DNA from: Planctomycetaceae bacterium | Lineage (GTDB): Bacteria; Planctomycetota; Planctomycetia; Pirellulales; Pirellulaceae | DNA: 38,962 bases | Direction: 5' to 3' | NCBI GenBank assembly: GCA_003506095.1 | Contig: DNWZ01000159.1 | Span: 1-38,962 of the forward strand | Shown here: positions 37,344-38,962 of the stretch, piece after piece | Position numbering within the stretch: the stretch's first letter is position 1 | Layout: every line of letters begins with the position of its first letter | Program-made: the position numbers and the translations under genes | Notes under the pieces: generated by a model | Told to the model about the DNA's origin: nothing | Database searches by the model: none | The model's input: only the letters and a program-made list of their open reading frames with translations

Positions 37344-38962
37344 TCAATTCCAATACTGCTGGTACCAACGTTCCAGCGTCGCCGGTTGAGTCGAGGTGGA
37401 GATCACTTTGTTACGCAAGGCTTGCAGGTGTCGACATGGTCCCTTTCGCAATCCGTACTTAAAGTGATGCGAACAAGAACACTTCGCTTTCAAGATTCGC
37501 CCATCGCCATCGAGTAAAATTTCCAACCCATCACGATCAGCCTTCCCTTCAATCAGGCGCAGGCCGCTGGGCAGGGTTTCATCGCGAGTCGCTTTGGCGC
37601 GTCCCGATTTTTCGATCTCGTGTGCTGCTGCGGTTTCCGGATCCTCGGGGCCAAACTGCTCGCTCGTTACCGGTTCGGGCATGACTTGCCGCCACCGATA
37701 AGTCTGCGCTGGCAGGTCATGAATGACTTGGCCCAAATGCGCCAGCGTGTTCAGCCCGGCGGCAATCTTGGGACGCGGCATCGACAGACCGCCCGCAAGC
37801 CGCTCAAACGTCATCGATGCATCAGCACGAAACGCAGCCGCAATCTCGACGAGTTCGTTTTCCGCAACATGCATCGGCGGCATTAATTGCGAGATCGCAG
37901 AAGAACCTGACCAATCGTTGGTCGTCCACCCAGACAATCCCAACACCAATTGCAGGTCGCCCATATGAGCAACCCAAAAGCTTGGCATGCCGGTTCCAAT
38001 CAAATAAACATCGACATAATCGATCAGCGGCAACAAACGCCTAAGCACCTGCAATCGGTCGCGTCCCCAAATGCGAATCACATCCGCAATTCCCTCATAA
38101 GCGACGGTGCCGGTTGAGATAACTTGTTCCCAAGGCTCCAGCACCATCTGTGGAACCTTTCCAGGTTCCATCTGAAAGCGAATCGCGCGAGGGCTTTTCT
38201 TCGCCCGGGAGCGCGTTAGAAAAGCTAATAGGTTGTAGACGCCACTGCGATCGATCCGCACGCGTTTCATCGGCATCACCATCGCCGATTGCAGTTGCAT
38301 GAATCCGCGCAACCAAGTCGAAGGCAAGTCGATCTTTTCTTCGCGATGTTGTCCGCCAAACGCTTGGTAGGCCGAGTTTTCTAAAGGAGCATCCAGCAGT
38401 GTTTCGTTGGTCGCCACTTCGAACCCGGTCGGATCGAGTTGAAATCGCGTTTGTCGATAGCTGCGCAGCCCTTGAAAATGGTCGTACAGATTCCATGAAT
38501 AATCAACGTTCGTCGTACCGGGGGCAACGTCGGTGACATCATCAAAAAGATCACGGCTGGCCGTTAAACAACCATAAGAACTTTCATCGGCGCTGAAGCA
38601 TTCAAACAACAGCGAGTCTTCCGCGACCGTGATCACCGGATCACAAGGCATCAGCTTGCGCCAAAGGCTTTGGTCGTTTCGTATCAGATGATCAGAATAT
38701 CGTTGTCGAGCTCGCCAGTACTTGTCGCGCGCGATTCGATGTTCGGCTTCGAGCCCCTCGGGCATCGGATCGAGCGATTCGGCTCGCAACTCCTCGCGTC
38801 TTGCGGTCGCAGCCCCTTGGCGAATCGCGGTCTCGCGCTGCGCGATCCGCTTCTGATGCTCTTCAAGGGCCGATTTATCCTTTGGCACATATCGCAAATC
38901 GGAGATGACGATATCGTGCAGCGCGCTGATCGCTTCGCGAAACGGCAGCGGGTCTTTTAATC
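37344..38962 (-). CDS. Winged-helix-like plus SWIM zinc-finger protein, 5'-truncated by the right window edge
   Basis: SWIM 'CSCSHHFKYGLRKGPCRHLQAL' (CxC...CxH, 37428-37481), preceded by the wHTH-like 'MTFERLAGGLSMPRPKIAAGLNTLAHLGQVIHDLPAQTYRWRQV'. The track start at 38897 is a TTG. The frame stays open upstream to the window end (...KDPLPFREAISALHDIVISDLRYVPKD...), so the true start is probably outside the window. Confidence 0.8.
   Translation of the reverse strand, partial: LKDPLPFREAISALHDIVISDLRYVPKDKSALEEHQKRIAQRETAIRQGAATARREELRAESLDPMPEGLEAEHRIARDKYWRARQRYSDHLIRNDQSLWRKLMPCDPVITVAEDSLLFECFSADESSYGCLTASRDLFDDVTDVAPGTTNVDYSWNLYDHFQGLRSYRQTRFQLDPTGFEVATNETLLDAPLENSAYQAFGGQHREEKIDLPSTWLRGFMQLQSAMVMPMKRVRIDRSGVYNLLAFLTRSRAKKSPRAIRFQMEPGKVPQMVLEPWEQVISTGTVAYEGIADVIRIWGRDRLQVLRRLLPLIDYVDVYLIGTGMPSFWVAHMGDLQLVLGLSGWTTNDWSGSSAISQLMPPMHVAENELVEIAAAFRADASMTFERLAGGLSMPRPKIAAGLNTLAHLGQVIHDLPAQTYRWRQVMPEPVTSEQFGPEDPETAAAHEIEKSGRAKATRDETLPSGLRLIEGKADRDGLEILLDGDGRILKAKCSCSHHFKYGLRKGPCRHLQALRNKVISTSTQPATLERWYQQYWN

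Noticed and set aside
35380-37368. The RT as part of a group II intron or a diversity-generating retroelement
   Set aside because: - The spacers of 2 nt and 38 nt leave no room for intron RNA domains.
- I saw no maturase/X-domain or endonuclease signature.
- Motif 4 is 'PQGACTSPALSN' (retron/group II-like) rather than the DGR-type 'SQ' variant.
- I saw no template/variable repeat pair nearby.
- The 'VTG' segment and the entry segment favour a retron-like RT.
1-38962. Scan for tRNA, rRNA, CRISPR repeats, IS elements, integrases and direct repeats marking an island around the RT-PARP operon
   Set aside because: None was found. The intergenic regions are short (the longest are about 340, 270 and 180 nt) and lack tRNA-like T-arm sequences or regularly spaced repeats. 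The window therefore gives no evidence that the RT-PARP cluster is on a mobile element, although its right boundary is outside the window.

Overview
This looks like a chromosomal segment, most likely from a Planctomycetota (Pirellulales-like) genome. That placement is an inference from three things: a giant secreted protein with an N-terminal 'LESRRVLA' motif and a C-terminal dockerin pair, a planctomycete-type beta-barrel protein, and several multihaem cytochromes. About 19 protein-coding genes fill almost the whole window. I found no rRNA, tRNA, CRISPR array, transposase or integrase.

The genes fall into three blocks:
- (i) 3.4-18.2 kb, redox and signalling. It holds a class III nucleotide cyclase, a His-rich membrane protein, a 15-haem cytochrome c, a NuoE-NuoF fusion and an Fe-S protein interrupted by two cyclic-nucleotide-binding domains. 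Two divergently transcribed pentahaem paralogues sit alongside.
- (ii) 18.2-33 kb, envelope and secreted proteins. It holds a putative outer-membrane barrel, a secreted WD40-PDZ-caspase protein, a divergent vWA-TPR protein and a 2204-aa beta-helix/cadherin/FG-GAP/dockerin protein.
- (iii) 33.2 kb to the window end, a tightly packed minus-strand operon: wHTH-SWIM protein, retron-like reverse transcriptase with a long N-terminal extension, eukaryote-type PARP (WGR-HD-CAT, intact H-Y-E), MacroD-type macrodomain.

Block (iii) is my best candidate for an undescribed system: an RT-coupled ADP-ribosylation conflict or defence module. It runs off the right edge of the window.

All domain calls come from motif recognition by eye; no database search was run. 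The ORF track prints TTG and GTG starts as M, so I checked start codons in the DNA and adjusted several.
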